In this document: positions 62,901 through 64,000 of the stretch, one piece after another | Numbering within the stretch: the stretch's first letter is position 1 | How the letters are laid out: each line of letters begins with the position of its first letter | Assembly (NCBI RefSeq): GCF_947568905.1 | Contig: NC_079170.1 | Coordinates: 53,506,001 to 53,570,000, forward strand | Direction: 5' to 3' | Source of the DNA: Ostrea edulis | Taxonomy: Eukaryota | DNA length: 64,000 nucleotides | Program-made: the position numbers and the translations under genes | Notes under the pieces: model-generated | Told to the model about the DNA's origin: nothing | What the model saw: only the letters and a program-made list of their open reading frames with translations | Database searches by the model: none

Positions 62901-64000
62901 CACCACAGCCCACAACATACCCCTCACATACCCTACTGAAGCCCACAACATTCCCCACTGCAGCCTACTATATACCCCACTACAGTCCACTATATATCCC
63001 ACTACAGCCCACTATATACCCCACTACAGCCCACTATATATCCCACTACAGCCCACTATATACCCCACCACAGCCCACTATATACCACACTACAGCCCAC
63101 TATATACCCCACTACAGCCCACTATATACCCCACCACAGCCCACTATATACCCCGCTACAACCCACTATATACCCCAATACAGCTCACTTTACACCCCCC
63201 TACAGCCCACTATATACCCCACTGCAGCCCACTATATATCCCACTACAGCCCACTATATACCCCACCACAGCCCACTATATATCCCCCTACAGCCCACTA
63301 TATACCCCACTACAGCCCACTATATATCCCACTACAGCCCACTATATATCCCACTACAGCCCACTATATACCCCACTACAGCCCACTAAATATCCCCCTA
63401 CAGCCCACTATATACCCCACCACAGCCCACTATATACCCCACCACAGCCCACTATATACCCCCCTACAGCCCACTATATACCCCACTACAGCCCACTATA
63501 TATCCCACTACAGCCCACTATATACCCCACCACAGCCCACTATATACCCCCCTACAGCCCACTCTATACCCCACTACAGCCCACTATATACCCCAATACA
63601 GCCCACTATATACCCCACCACAGCCCACTATATACCCCACCACAGCCCACTATATACCACACCACAGCCCACTATATACCCCACCACAGCCCACTATATA
63701 CCCCGCTACAACCCACTATATACCCCAATACAGCTCACTTTACACCCCCCTACAGCCCACTATATACCCCACTGTAAGCCACTACATACCCCACTACAGT
63801 CCACTATATACCCCACTGCAAGCCACTACATACCCCACTACAGTCCACTATATACCCCACTACAGCCCGCTATATACCCCACCACAGTCCACTATATACC
63901 CCACTGCAAGCCACTACACATCCCACTACAGCCCACTATATACCCCACCACAGCCCACTATATACCCCACTGCAAGCCACTACATACCCCATGTCTCGAT
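57302..64000 (-). CDS. XPOT: Exportin-T, 3' end (gene continues beyond the window)
   Basis: Exons (minus): beyond 64000 to 63988 (IETW G), 60758-60644 (GGNNGLVG-FVDFMYKSFLPACFLGPMKPTFDLNDGQTSL, 1-nt deficit), 58817-58770 (ALGECAHCLKCMVDKR), 58608-58537 (GQEFLTYLSTDYLPVLNVPAENIQ), 58046-57993 (EFCEALKTDYRTFRTYLK), 57328-57302 (NFFLKAKS*). Collinear with the vertebrate XPOT C-terminus as I recall it. Confidence 0.9.
58469..58562 (-). repeat. Perfect 47-bp tandem duplication spanning an XPOT exon-intron junction
   Basis: tttagagagtatgaacattacctgaatgttttcagctggtacattta x2; on the minus strand each copy contains ATTCAG|GTAATG. Confidence 0.95.
58922..59699 (-). mobile_element. Internally deleted hAT-type transposon in an XPOT intron
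   Basis: Termini cagggttcca / tggaaccctg; minus-strand SAFNQSGKKGRIWLDDGEKGMTCCV resembles the TTF-type zinc finger at the N-terminus of hAT transposases; flanked by gtgta on both sides. Confidence 0.65.
60850..62610. mobile_element. Non-autonomous Tc1/mariner-like element (TA TSD) in an XPOT intron
   Basis: ta|cagtacccgcaatgttatacttgacat ... atgtcaagaataacgttgcgggtactg|ta; subterminal cacgata/cctgata arrays. Confidence 0.75.
62800..63987 (-). repeat. 22-bp minisatellite (tacagcccactatataccccac), about 50 copies, starting at an XPOT donor
   Basis: On the minus strand the unit reads gtggg|gtatatagtgggctgta and begins directly after exon end TGG G|GTATGT at 63987; the source of the spurious ORF 62719-63777. 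Confidence 0.95.

Noticed and set aside
62719-63777. 352-aa Pro/Tyr/Thr-rich ORF resembling an adhesive or extensin-like protein
   Set aside because: Translation of a 22-bp unit (not a multiple of 3) antisense to an XPOT intron; the 22-aa periodicity is simply three DNA units.

Overview
This is AT-rich, intron-rich eukaryotic DNA. The repeat families suggest a bivalve, probably an oyster (inference, not checked against a database). I assembled five spliced genes by hand, checking exon phases: a class I SAM-dependent methyltransferase (minus, 1033-3835), a divergent TraB-domain (TRABD-like) protein (plus, 14379-20661), a secreted three-WAP-domain protein (minus, 28553-30325), a divergent PRD-class Q50 homeobox gene (plus, 46040-54847) and the 3' end of exportin-T/XPOT (minus, 57302 to beyond 64000). 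Between and inside them are decayed non-LTR retrotransposons (one RTEX-like, three RTE), five copies of a SINE-like family, several TIR elements (IS3EU-, hAT-, Tc1/mariner- and Kolobok-like), a Helentron-associated satellite element, many minisatellites and a 132-N gap. The most striking pattern is that four separate intronic tandem repeats, in three different genes, begin at a 5' splice site and contain copies of exon end plus donor. This creates arrays of 2 to about 50 decoy donors downstream of the real one. The XPOT exon at 60644-60758 also has an apparent 1-bp deletion.
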